A stretch of DNA of 37,686 nt from a virus (IMGVR_UViG_3300028585_000049:1-37686); one strand, 5' to 3'; shown: positions 8,601-16,942, counted from the first letter of the stretch. Program-made: numbers and translations. Notes: generated by a model not told the origin, from the letters alone.

Positions 8601-10545
8601 CGCGCTGCTTGATCGCCTTGCTTTCTGCTTTCACGCGAGCCTCCGCGATCAATGCCGCAGCGCCCGAGACGCCATATGCGGTTGCGAGCAGATACAGGTT
8701 GCGGATCTGGGCTTCGGTCGCCTCGGCATCGCGCGCCAGCTGCTCGGCATGGCGGTCGACCTTCGGAGCCGGGGTGTCATTGAAGCCGATCGACTTGGCG
8801 ATGCGCTCGCGGGCGTTGTCGATCGCGCTCTTTTTCACGCGGGTGCCGAGCTTCGTCAGATACTTGTCGGCGACGTCGTATGCGGCGCCGTACGTCTTCT
8901 CGAGCAGCTTCGGATCGCCTTGCCCGATCAGCATCTTGCCAATCCCGACAATGCCGCCCTTCTCGATCTCGCCGAGATAGGCCTTGGTACCGGCAACGCC
9001 GGCATAGATCCCCGCGAGGGCTTGGCGGGCATAGGACGTCAGATCGTCGAGAACGCCCTTCACGCCCTTCGACATGCCTTTCATGTCACCGACGAAATAG
9101 TCCGAGATGTCCTTGCCGACGACGCTGAAAAGCGCCTTCGACGTGTCCGCCCAGGTGACGGTCTCTTCCTTCAGCTTGTAGAGTTCGGCCTTGGTGGCAT
9201 TGGCGCCCCCGGTGATCTTGCCGAGATCGCGCGTCAGCGTGTCGGTTTTGACGCCATCGTTCACCCACCGCGTGAACAGGGCAAACCCGGCGGTCACGAC
9301 CGCCAAGCCGGCCAGCAGGGGCGCAAAGCGAAGCGCCAGCCCGGCGACCTCCTTGCCGAACCCGCGAAGGCCTCCCTGACCCATCTGGGCGACCTGCACG
9401 ATCTGGAAACCCTGCTGGATGAAGACCTGAAACGGCTTCTGCCCGGTCAGCAACCCTTGCGTGATGTCGGGCAGCTGCACGGCGATCGTCTGCAACGCCG
9501 AACCGCTCTTGCGGGCAGCGCCGGCCATCGCGCCCTGCGTCTGCGTCGCGAGGGCGGCGCGATCGGCAAGCATGGTTTCGGCGCGCGCCAGATCCTCGGC
9601 CGACGCACCGGCCGCGGTCATGACGCGACGCGCCTCGGCCAACTCGGTGTTCAGGCGCGACTGCGCGGCAGCCGCCGGGTCGATCATGGCACGCAGACCG
9701 GCGAGCGCAGCCGCATCCCGCTCGGCTGCCGCCTCGGCATCGCGCATGGCCTGCGCACCACGCCGGGCGGCTGCCTCGAACTGGGCATGCCCGAGCGCGG
9801 CCGACCGGAGCCGTTGCGCTTCATCGTCACGCGCGAGCGCAGCCTGCGCCGCTTCGACCTCACGCAGGGCTGCCGCGCCCTTGCGAGCCGCGGCCTCGAA
9901 CATGTTGAACGCAAACGAGGCCTCACGCAGGGCCTGCGCTTCACGCGCGACGGCTGCCGCCTCGGCATTCTCGGCCGCGCCCTTGTCCTCGGCTGCGCTC
10001 TGCCGGACGGCTTCGAGGTTGCGACGGCTCGCCAGCAGGCGATCATTGGCGTCGCCAAGGTTATGCTCCGCGGCCGTCAGGGCGAGCGTCTCGATCCGCT
10101 GGTCGCGTAGCTGGTCACGCGTCTTGCCGACGGATGCCGCCTCGCGGTCCATGGTCGCGATGAGCCGCTCGATCTCTTTCTCGGTCCGATTGATCTCGCG
10201 GGTGGCCGCTGCCGCATCGCGCGACGTCGCCGGCCCGACGATCGAAATGCCGGCGACCTGACTGGCGGTACGGGCGAGCGCCTCGACCGACAATCCGGCG
10301 CCGTCCAACGCGGTGCGCACCGTGTTCATTTCGCGCGTCGCGGTGCTGGCGAACTGCTTCACGCTGGCGGCTGGGCCATCCAGCTTGACCATGTACGAGG
10401 TGCTGCCCTCGATCTTGGTGGCGCTGGCAAGGATCTTGCCTTCGGCCGACGACATGACCGCGAGCAGCTTCGCCATCTGCTCGAACGACTCAGCAGGGTT
10501 GATCGTGAAATCTACGCCGAGACCGGTAGAGTCGTCGTCGACCAT
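5608..10545 (-). CDS. Tail tape measure protein, 1645 aa
   Basis: Long Ala-rich helical ORF after the chaperones; lambda-type TMP motif QLPDITQGLLTGQKPFQVFIQQG. Confidence 0.95.
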   Translation of the reverse strand: MVDDDSTGLGVDFTINPAESFEQMAKLLAVMSSAEGKILASATKIEGSTSYMVKLDGPAASVKQFASTATREMNTVRTALDGAGLSVEALARTASQVAGISIVGPATSRDAAAATREINRTEKEIERLIATMDREAASVGKTRDQLRDQRIETLALTAAEHNLGDANDRLLASRRNLEAVRQSAAEDKGAAENAEAAAVAREAQALREASFAFNMFEAAARKGAAALREVEAAQAALARDDEAQRLRSAALGHAQFEAAARRGAQAMRDAEAAAERDAAALAGLRAMIDPAAAAQSRLNTELAEARRVMTAAGASAEDLARAETMLADRAALATQTQGAMAGAARKSGSALQTIAVQLPDITQGLLTGQKPFQVFIQQGFQIVQVAQMGQGGLRGFGKEVAGLALRFAPLLAGLAVVTAGFALFTRWVNDGVKTDTLTRDLGKITGGANATKAELYKLKEETVTWADTSKALFSVVGKDISDYFVGDMKGMSKGVKGVLDDLTSYARQALAGIYAGVAGTKAYLGEIEKGGIVGIGKMLIGQGDPKLLEKTYGAAYDVADKYLTKLGTRVKKSAIDNARERIAKSIGFNDTPAPKVDRHAEQLARDAEATEAQIRNLYLLATAYGVSGAAALIAEARVKAESKAIKQRADIEAAVAREVRLAVAERVSDAAKGTATMRDQAAIQEQVNASVAAGLAPAERAGELMRDRIADLPLLAALEAAQKTGDINGAARAEQALDDQRTARDRLTDAERRAAIQTAMSSGENRLAEIREETRLIGASDAVRVRALATLKATQEATANGWVGADAAKYIAQQVTIADAGESNRQAQDAYNASLTATADLFDTIDQSAQRAAQGMADAFGSVGSAIGDALTIMTGYYADQARLQEAHDAAIRAAGDDQARIARENRLYSLRSSSQQIGAFGDMASAAKGFFKEGSDGYQALAAAEKAFRIVQFAMSVRAIAQDAIETGSKIANTVARTAVAATEAVVNAIKSLPFPLNLAAGAATIAALASIGVGIAGSFGGSKNTLAASNTGTGTVLGDPAAKSDSIKNAIDALKEVDTVTNTFAREMAASLKSIDSQIGSVATLVVRAGNIDASTGVNEGFKSNAIGSVLSKIPVIGGILGGLFGSKTSVIGSGLYGGAQSIGDILNGGFDASYYSDIEKKKKLFGITTSTKTSTQYAGADAGLENQFTLILRSFNDAIASAAGPLGVATGDVQARLNGFVVNLGKIDLKGLTGDQIEEKLSAVFGAAADGMAAAAFPGLQQFQKVGEGVFETLVRVASTIEAVGTSLDLLGQGAQTMGIAAKLGLADQFDSVADLTSAAQSYFEAFYSKEEQAAAKTAQFAKVFDGLGLSMPSTLAAFRQLVEAQDLTSAAGQATYATLLKLAPAFADLQTSMEGAKSAADIASERQDLQRQLLELQGNTAAIRALDLAKLDASNRGLQEQVYAIQDAQAAASAAKALSDAWTSVGDTIMTEVKRIRGLTDAGTPGGFAALMGQFNAATTAARGGDQDAAKSLPALSQALLAAAADQATSRQELARVQAQTAASLEATYGVVTALAKGGTAPATTAQVVAATTAAQPAGSSATSADTASAIDALRAEVAQLRADTNTANAAIVSNTGRVAKKLDDVTGASGGDAISVAAAA

Positions 10546-10563
10546 GGCAACCCTTCCTGCTGT

Positions 10564-11028
10564 TTACCCCAGCAGCCTGCGCAGCTGGGCTTCCTCGATT
10601 TCGAGTTCACGCTCGGTGACCGGCGCCTTCCATGGCGGCGGGCACGTCTCGTCTTCGGCACGCCGGCCTTCGGCGAGGTACTGTTTCGACAACTCGCGGA
10701 TCAGCCGCGCTTCCCACGGCGCCAGGCGCACGCTGGTGTTGTCCTGCCATGCTGCCAGTTCACGCGAACTGATCGGCGCGGCACCCATCCCGGCAGCCTC
10801 TGTCAGGCCGATCTCGATCAGCCAGTCGAAGATATGGGGCGCCGGGTTGGGCGGCATTTGCGGCGCGAGTTTGCGCCGTTTGAGATCGTCCATCCGGCTG
10901 AGGCGGGGCTGGTCCTGTTCGATCTTGGCCCGCTTCGAACCCGCTGGCGGCTTCGGCGTGGCGCTAAGCCACGCCAGCTGCCGGACGTAGAGGGTTAGGC
11001 CGCCTTCGATGCGGCGCTGAAGTTTCCC
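10564..11028 (-). CDS. Tail assembly chaperone C-terminal extension (gpGT-like), reached by -1 frameshift
   Basis: The -1 frame is open from the slippery site (LQRRIEGGLTLYVRQLAWLSATPKPP...) into the 10564..10893 ORF. Confidence 0.85.
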   Translation of the reverse strand, partial: GKLQRRIEGGLTLYVRQLAWLSATPKPPAGSKRAKIEQDQPRLSRMDDLKRRKLAPQMPPNPAPHIFDWLIEIGLTEAAGMGAAPISSRELAAWQDNTSVRLAPWEARLIRELSKQYLAEGRRAEDETCPPPWKAPVTERELEIEEAQLRRLLG

Positions 11029-11441
11029 CAGTCACCAAAGAATTTCGCCACCTGTTTGGTGATGAAGCCGAGCGACTGATCGGCATAGAGGGCGCGGAAC
11101 AGGGCATCGCCTGCCAGCGGTTCCGTGACCCCATCGGGCTGATAATCGAAATTCTCGAACCGCACGGTCAATTCGGCGAGATCCTGCGCCGTCTCGGCGA
11201 CACGCTCTTCGCGGGTGGCGGAGGTGATCTTGCCGTCATTGTCCTGCATACGCTTGAGCGTGCGCGCCGACTGGCGGGACTCGATCACGCCGGCAATGTC
11301 GCTGCCGGGACCGTGCAGGTGGATCTTGATGGGCAGCTTGCGCTCGGCGTCGGCATACAGCGGTTCGCCGTTCGGATCCTTGACGTGCAGGGCAGCGGTC
11401 GCGGCAACGGCCAGGGCGGCGATATTGAAAATCTTGGTCAT
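10995..11441 (-). CDS. Tail assembly chaperone (gpG-like)
   Basis: Lies between the major tail and tape measure genes; ends GDWGNF with a slippery heptamer. Confidence 0.88.
   Translation of the reverse strand: MTKIFNIAALAVAATAALHVKDPNGEPLYADAERKLPIKIHLHGPGSDIAGVIESRQSARTLKRMQDNDGKITSATREERVAETAQDLAELTVRFENFDYQPDGVTEPLAGDALFRALYADQSLGFITKQVAKFFGDWGNFSAASKAA
11022..11028 (-). promoter_or_regulatory. -1 programmed ribosomal frameshift slippery site G GGA AAC
   Basis: X XXY YYZ heptamer in the correct phase near the end of the chaperone gene. Confidence 0.85.
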
Positions 11442-11445
11442 GGGT

Positions 11446-11541
11446 CATCCTTCGCGGGAAGATGGTGCGCCGACCTGCCCCGCAACCCGCGATAGCGGGG
11501 CAGGTCGACGCATAGGGTAGAGCCGGCGTCGCGGGCGCCGG
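11446..11541 (-). ncRNA. Putative cis-regulatory three-hairpin RNA element with complementary loops
   Basis: mRNA hairpins with loops CCCGCGA / UCGCGGG / CCCGCGA; the third stem contains the AGGA SD of the chaperone gene. Confidence 0.6.
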
Positions 11542-11548
11542 GAGGGGG

Positions 11549-12004
11549 TTAGGCGGCCGGCGCGCGCACGACCTTCGTGCAGATCTCGACCGTCGGGGTC
11601 GCCATCATGACGGGATCGGCGCCGTCGACCGTTTCCGGCCAGCCGAACACGCGGCCCTGAAAATAGCGCTTGGCACCCGACTGGTAGGTCACGCGCACCG
11701 AATAGAGCGCGTTGGTCTCTTCGTCGGCAGCGGTACGGAACAGGGTCTGCCCCGCATCGCTTTCGTCCAGCGCGAACTGCGGCTGAAGCGAACCATAGTC
11801 GGCGCTGCCCTTCAGCTTCTGCTTGGGGCCTTTGAGCGGCTGGAACTCGGTCTTGGCGAACGTCGCGCCGATCGTGCCGATCTTCTCGCAATTGCCAGCC
11901 TCGGTGTACGTCAGGGCCGCATAGCCGGCGACGTCCTGCGTGGCGGGCGCGGCGACGCTGATCGCGATCGCCGAGCCCGCTCCGGTCTGAAGACCCATAT
12001 TCAT
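11549..12004 (-). CDS. Major tail (tube) protein
   Basis: KLKGSADYGSLQ and DESDAGQ motifs, size and synteny; AGGAG SD. Confidence 0.9.
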   Translation of the reverse strand: MNMGLQTGAGSAIAISVAAPATQDVAGYAALTYTEAGNCEKIGTIGATFAKTEFQPLKGPKQKLKGSADYGSLQPQFALDESDAGQTLFRTAADEETNALYSVRVTYQSGAKRYFQGRVFGWPETVDGADPVMMATPTVEICTKVVRAPAA

Positions 12005-12071
12005 TCTCCTGGGGAATTAGGCCGGCGCGGGCCGGCGCGTGATCCGTCCGGCGGTTGCCGGACGAAAGGGG

Positions 12072-12263
12072 TTAAGCGGCCTTGGCGGCCTGCGGCTCGT
12101 CGGTGCTGACCAGACCGGCCGCTGCATAGTTCGCGAGCGTGGCCTCGTCGGCCTCGACCACTTTGCCGGCGAGGAACGCCTTTTCGGCGCCCGCGTCGTT
12201 GAAATCGCGGGTCGCGTACATTTTCTTGGCGGCCGTCTCGGTCTTGGCAGTGGACATCGTCAT
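12072..12263 (-). CDS. Small hypothetical virion-associated protein, 63 aa
   Basis: AAGGAG SD; within the structural operon. Confidence 0.75.
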   Translation of the reverse strand: MTMSTAKTETAAKKMYATRDFNDAGAEKAFLAGKVVEADEATLANYAAAGLVSTDEPQAAKAA

Positions 12264-12269
12264 TCTCCT

Positions 12270-12671
12270 TCAGGCTGGGGCGTCAAACGAGACGCGGAAA
12301 TCTTGGGTCTGCTCGAAGCTGTTGGCGGGGCCTCCGACGTCCGGACCGAGCCCGGCGGTCAGCACCGACACGTTCACGCAGTCGGCAATCGCACCGGTCC
12401 AACCCGCGCAGCCGGCGCGAATGAGGCGGATCACCGCTTTCTGTTCGGCGTAGCTCGCCGCGCGGACGGCGACCGAAACCCGCTCGGTCGAACGAAACAT
12501 GGCGCCGCGTTTCAGCGGCTGGAAATCGGCAACGCTGACGGTGCGCACGAGGATGGCGGGGAGGGTGACACCGTCCGGCAGCGCGCCGGCCTTGATCCGC
12601 TCGACCGGCACCAACTGCGTCAGCGCATCATATGCGTGCAGCAAACCGCCCACGATCTCGACGCCGCTCAT
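12270..12671 (-). CDS. Tail terminator / completion protein (DUF3168-like)
   Basis: Synteny; RIKAGALPDGVTLPAI and AASYAEQKAV pattern. Confidence 0.8.
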   Translation of the reverse strand: MSGVEIVGGLLHAYDALTQLVPVERIKAGALPDGVTLPAILVRTVSVADFQPLKRGAMFRSTERVSVAVRAASYAEQKAVIRLIRAGCAGWTGAIADCVNVSVLTAGLGPDVGGPANSFEQTQDFRVSFDAPA

Positions 12672-13240
12672 TCATTGCTCCCCCCGTCGCTGCCGACGAT
12701 GCCGGCGCGGGTCACGCGCGATTTGATATATGCCTGCGCCGCGGCGACGGCTTCGGCCTGCTTCGTATCCAGGGCGGGCCGCAGGAACGGGTGCGCAGCG
12801 GCCCCCGGATGATAGACCGTCGTCCCGACCGGCCTGCCGTTGATCATCAGCGTGGCATGGAGGGCGGTATCGCCGCCCTTGACGCGCTTGTTGATCCGTC
12901 GCGCCGTCATGCCGTCCCGGTAGGCCGGGTCGACGCTGATGAAGTGCGGATCCGTACCGTATTCGAGCCAGCGCCCGACATAAGCGCCGGGGCCGTCGAG
13001 CAGCACGCGGGCGATAATCAGGCCACCACGCTTGCGGCCGCGAACCTTGACCGCGTCGGCGATCAGCACCTTGCTGCCACCACCGCCGTCCGCACGCTTG
13101 CCGCCCAGAAGCGTCTTCGCCTCGACCGCGATCACCTTGGCGCCCGCACGAGCGGCGCCGGGCAACACGCGTTCCACCAGCAGGCCGGGGATCTGTTCCA
13201 GCGTTCGCAGCGCACTGGCGCTGCTCCGGCGGGTCGCCAT
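12668..13240 (-). CDS. HK97 gp10-family neck/tail protein
   Basis: WLEYGT ... HPGAAAHPFLRPALD signature. Confidence 0.9.
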   Translation of the reverse strand: MATRRSSASALRTLEQIPGLLVERVLPGAARAGAKVIAVEAKTLLGGKRADGGGGSKVLIADAVKVRGRKRGGLIIARVLLDGPGAYVGRWLEYGTDPHFISVDPAYRDGMTARRINKRVKGGDTALHATLMINGRPVGTTVYHPGAAAHPFLRPALDTKQAEAVAAAQAYIKSRVTRAGIVGSDGGSNE

Positions 13241-13587
13241 CAGGCGGGATTGCCCGCGACGCTGTAATCTTCGACCATGAACTCGAGCCCGTCACGCCGG
13301 CCAAGCTCGGCAGGGCCTGCCACGATCTGCATGATGCGCGAGCCGATCACGAACCGCATCGCGGCGTTGAGATCGTCCCGGTACCGCATCCGGACGCGTG
13401 CCGGCCGCGACGCGACGTTGATGCCATCGGCGAGGCGTTCGGCACGACTCGGCAACGCGTCTTCGACGCTGGCCCAGACAACGGCAACGGGTTCCCATGA
13501 TCCGGAACCGGCGCTCAGCAGCCCCGGCTTGGTCACCGGGCGTTCGATCGCGACGCGGCGATCGAGCTTGCGCGCATCGAGCTTCAT
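13240..13587 (-). CDS. Head closure / head-tail adaptor (SPP1 gp16-like)
   Basis: LDRRVAIE, VWASVE and RVRMRYRDDL motifs. Confidence 0.9.
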   Translation of the reverse strand: MKLDARKLDRRVAIERPVTKPGLLSAGSGSWEPVAVVWASVEDALPSRAERLADGINVASRPARVRMRYRDDLNAAMRFVIGSRIMQIVAGPAELGRRDGLEFMVEDYSVAGNPA

Positions 13588-14129
13588 TAGCCGATCACCG
13601 GCGTGCGGTACTGCGCATCGAGCAGCAACGTGACGGTGGCTGGAACGTCGTTGAGCGAACCGCCGTCGAAGAGATGCTTCATCAGCAACAGGGCTGCGAC
13701 CTGAAGGGCCGGGGCCTCGCTGGCGACATCGTCATAGCCGGCTTCGAATGTCACCGTCACAGCGCTGCCGCGATCGGCGGTGACCGGCCACGTCGTGTTG
13801 ATCGCGGGCAGCAACTGCGCGCCTGCGGTGCGCCACAGCCCATCGCCATTGGCGACAAGTCCATTCTGGTCGACATATGCCAGCGAGACGACGCTGCGCA
13901 CCGGATCACAGGGCAGGCGCATGATGTCGTCGAAACCATCGAACATGGCGACCCAGCGGCGCCGCACGAGCGAGCGGGAAGTATGTTGCTCGACCCATGT
14001 CAGCGCCGTGAGGCGGAAGGCATCCAATAGCGCTGCCTGACCGGCCTCGGGTTTGACGTACTGGTCGACCAGCGCATCAGGGAGAACCGCCGGCCCGTCG
14101 AGCGGGGCGGCGGGTATGATCGTGACCAC
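13587..14129 (-). CDS. Head-tail connector (HK97 gp6-like)
   Basis: WVEQHTSRSL ... WP ... VTVTFEAGY ... ALLLMKHLFD pattern. Confidence 0.88.
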   Translation of the reverse strand: MVTIIPAAPLDGPAVLPDALVDQYVKPEAGQAALLDAFRLTALTWVEQHTSRSLVRRRWVAMFDGFDDIMRLPCDPVRSVVSLAYVDQNGLVANGDGLWRTAGAQLLPAINTTWPVTADRGSAVTVTFEAGYDDVASEAPALQVAALLLMKHLFDGGSLNDVPATVTLLLDAQYRTPVIG

Positions 14130-14141
14130 CGCCCCGTCTCC

Positions 14142-14882
14142 TTACTTGGTACGCGCGGACTTGCCGCCCGGCGCATCGCTCGCGGACTTGGTCGCATCCG
14201 CGAGCAGGCCTTCGAGTTCGAGGATCCGCGCGGCGTCCGTTGCCAGCTGCTCGCGGCTCGCCTGATATTCGAGGACGAGGCCTTCGTGCTGACTGCGCGA
14301 ATCCTTCAGGTCGGCAAGCGCCTGGTCACGTTCGCCGGTCAGAGCGTCGAAATCGCTTTTCACCGTCTCGATCTGCTGACGAAGTTCGTCCTTGTCGGCC
14401 AGATGCGAGTTGTTCATTTCGCGGAACGCGTCGTTCCCGGCCTCGATCAGCCCCTTGAGGCGATCCATCTCGCTTTCGGTGACCGTCTGGCCTTCCTCGG
14501 ACTGACTGACCGACGCCGCGAGGTCGCCACGCAGCTGATCGACCTCGACACCGCCGAGCGTCATGCTGTCCGGCTGGCCGGATAACAGCACCGCGTTGCC
14601 GGGGCCGCTCGTCGCGCGCTGCGGCGCTGCAAGGCCGATGGCTTCGCCCCCGCGGCCGGTATCGGCTGCAAAGCGGCGATCGGCCGTGGCGACGACGATG
14701 ACGGGCTGGCGGATGATCGGCTGGTAGTCCTGATCGACGAGCTTGCCATCGATCAGGTAACCGGCGACGCCGAGGCGGACGAAATACAGTTCGCTTTCCG
14801 CCGAACGCTCGACTTGCTCGCCGTCCTTGAAGGACTCGGGCGGGAGCGCCTTCGTCACATAGTTCTGGATGAACTCGATCAT
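14142..14882 (-). CDS. Hypothetical head-module protein with C-terminal acidic coiled coil
   Basis: GAGGAG SD; lies between the decoration and connector genes; heptad-like C-terminal half. Confidence 0.7.
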   Translation of the reverse strand: MIEFIQNYVTKALPPESFKDGEQVERSAESELYFVRLGVAGYLIDGKLVDQDYQPIIRQPVIVVATADRRFAADTGRGGEAIGLAAPQRATSGPGNAVLLSGQPDSMTLGGVEVDQLRGDLAASVSQSEEGQTVTESEMDRLKGLIEAGNDAFREMNNSHLADKDELRQQIETVKSDFDALTGERDQALADLKDSRSQHEGLVLEYQASREQLATDAARILELEGLLADATKSASDAPGGKSARTK

Positions 14883-14893
14883 GTTCTAGCTCC

Positions 14894-15343
14894 TCAGCTG
14901 ATCGCGGTTGCGGTGGTGCCGAGCTGGTTGGCGCTGCCGGCGCCGTAGCGCGCGTCAAAGCCGGTCAGCGAGGCGGACAGGAAGGTAGCGGCACCGCCGA
15001 CCGCCACAGACACCCGGACGAACTTGAAGCCCCCGTTCTTGTCGAGGTCTTCCTGCCGAACGTTGATGGCGGCCTGACGGTTGTCGCCGCCTGCCTTCGC
15101 CAGCTGCACGATTGCGAGGCCGGGAACGGCCTTGACGCCGGTGCCGTTGGCATCGGTCGCCTGCTCGATCTTGGCGTCGACCGTTCCGGCCGCGCCGATC
15201 ACGCCTACGTTGAGCGACGCGAGCACGGCAAAGAAATTGCGCATGTCCACGAAGCCCGAATTGACCACGCCGGGCGCAGCCTGCTGCGCCGGAATGACGC
15301 CCGCGATAGCGACGCGGGCGGATGGGTCGAGATTACCCAGCAT
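14894..15343 (-). CDS. Probable head decoration / minor capsid protein
   Basis: Directly after the capsid gene; small beta-rich protein (GFVDMRNF, KIEQATD, FKFVRVSV). Confidence 0.7.
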   Translation of the reverse strand: MLGNLDPSARVAIAGVIPAQQAAPGVVNSGFVDMRNFFAVLASLNVGVIGAAGTVDAKIEQATDANGTGVKAVPGLAIVQLAKAGGDNRQAAINVRQEDLDKNGGFKFVRVSVAVGGAATFLSASLTGFDARYGAGSANQLGTTATAIS

Positions 15344-15415
15344 TGTTCAGTCTCCAAAGCTACCGGCCGGACGATCCGACCGGTCCCGCGCTGGGCGCGG
15401 GTCCGGTGTCGAGGA

Positions 15416-16852
15416 TCAGGCGCGCTCGGCGAGCGCCACGAAGTGCGACTTGGTGTTGCCACCGTTCGCAGGAGCCACCGGCTTCGAAAGCACCGGCTGA
15501 CCGCCGATGCGGAACACCCAGCGGAAGGCGCGGATGTTGTAATCGAAGTAGAGGTGGATCGAGTCGGCGAAGCTGACGCCATTCTGCTTGCGGAAGGCCT
15601 CGTATCCGTTCGGGTTGACGAACTGGATGTCGCCGTACTGCCCGACCGAGCGGCTGTGCTCGTTGAACACGACGGGTCGACCGAGCAGGACGCCGCCGGG
15701 GCTTTCCTGATAGTTGCCGAACCACAGCGGCAGCCCCGCGCTGTTCTTCATGTCCATCAGCGTCGGCATGACGTCGCTGTTGACGAGCCAGCTGGCCTGA
15801 CTGGGCATGATCATACGCGCCCACATGCGGGCGACGTTCGACGCGCTGATCGTGGCTGCCGTCTGATTGGGATCCTTCGCGACCGCGATCGTTGCCTTCG
15901 ACTCCATCCAGCCCAGCGGCTTTTCGATGCCGTCGCCGTACATGAAAGCATCGGCTGCCTTCCACCGGATCGCGGCTGCGGCATGGCTGGTCAGCAGCGT
16001 CGCAACACGCGGCGCGTCTTCCAGCAATTCTTCGGTGGCCAGGACAAACGCGTACAGTTCGTTCAGCTTGGTCTCGCGCGGCGTGAGCGACATGCGGCTG
16101 GGCTGCATCTGCTCGCCCTCGGAGCGCCATGCAGCGACGATGCCGCTGTTGCCCCACGGGGTCGTCTCGTCGCCAAGGCCGACGACGCGGTTCGACGCGG
16201 TTGGATCCGGATCGATTAGATCCATGATCGGATCGTTGCCCTCGTTGAACACGAGGTTGACGATCTGCTGCCGGAACTCGGCGGGGACGAGGTAGCTGCC
16301 GGCCGCGTCGCCCTGTTCCATGTGGACGTTGCCCGGAGCCGCCAGACGATCGTCCATGCGGAAGCTCTGCCCGGCCGCGGGGTTTGCGCAGCGAACGGCC
16401 TGCGCAAAATCCGCAAGGTTCGCGAAACCCCCGTTCTCTGCCGTAGCGGTGAACGTGATGCGCGACTGGCGCGGCTCCTGCTGCCCGCCACCGGCAGGAG
16501 GTGGGGTGGTGACGCCGCCAATCGCGGATGCGGCACTGATCGCGGTCTGGGCACGCTCGATGCGCCGGGTCAGGCCGGATAGCTGCGCCATCTCCGCGTC
16601 GTGCGCCGTCTGCTCTTCGGCGTTGAGGTCGCGGTTCTCGGTTTCTGCCGTAGCCAGTCGCGCCTGGATACCGGTGGAGATGCGCTGGGCCTCGGTCCGC
16701 AGGACCGCGATGTTGACCGCCCCGCCGCCCGTCGGATGGCCGTTCGGATCGCGCATATAGCGGCCGTGACGGCGTTCCGTTGCAGTCATGGCGCCGATGG
16801 AGGCGGCCGTCGAACCGGCCGCCAGAAGCATGAACTTCCGCATATCTGTCAT
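15416..16852 (-). CDS. Major capsid protein (HK97 fold) with N-terminal leader and coiled-coil delta domain
   Basis: GSYLVPAEF, TEELLED, LLGRPVVF and AFRWVFRIGG motifs. Confidence 0.95.
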   Translation of the reverse strand: MTDMRKFMLLAAGSTAASIGAMTATERRHGRYMRDPNGHPTGGGAVNIAVLRTEAQRISTGIQARLATAETENRDLNAEEQTAHDAEMAQLSGLTRRIERAQTAISAASAIGGVTTPPPAGGGQQEPRQSRITFTATAENGGFANLADFAQAVRCANPAAGQSFRMDDRLAAPGNVHMEQGDAAGSYLVPAEFRQQIVNLVFNEGNDPIMDLIDPDPTASNRVVGLGDETTPWGNSGIVAAWRSEGEQMQPSRMSLTPRETKLNELYAFVLATEELLEDAPRVATLLTSHAAAAIRWKAADAFMYGDGIEKPLGWMESKATIAVAKDPNQTAATISASNVARMWARMIMPSQASWLVNSDVMPTLMDMKNSAGLPLWFGNYQESPGGVLLGRPVVFNEHSRSVGQYGDIQFVNPNGYEAFRKQNGVSFADSIHLYFDYNIRAFRWVFRIGGQPVLSKPVAPANGGNTKSHFVALAERA

Positions 16853-16942
16853 CCTCTGGCCCGCAGGCCCTGTGTCGGGCGCGCACGCCCACGACGAGCG
16901 ACGCCGGATGGCGTCGCCCTACTCAACCCCAGAAGGGGATCT

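Noticed and set aside
7882-10110. 742-aa plus-strand ORF (similar cases at 1592..3232, 16601..17725, 19285..20193, 23257..24321)
   Set aside because: Antisense shadows of clear phage genes in GC-rich DNA; no recognisable motifs or coupling
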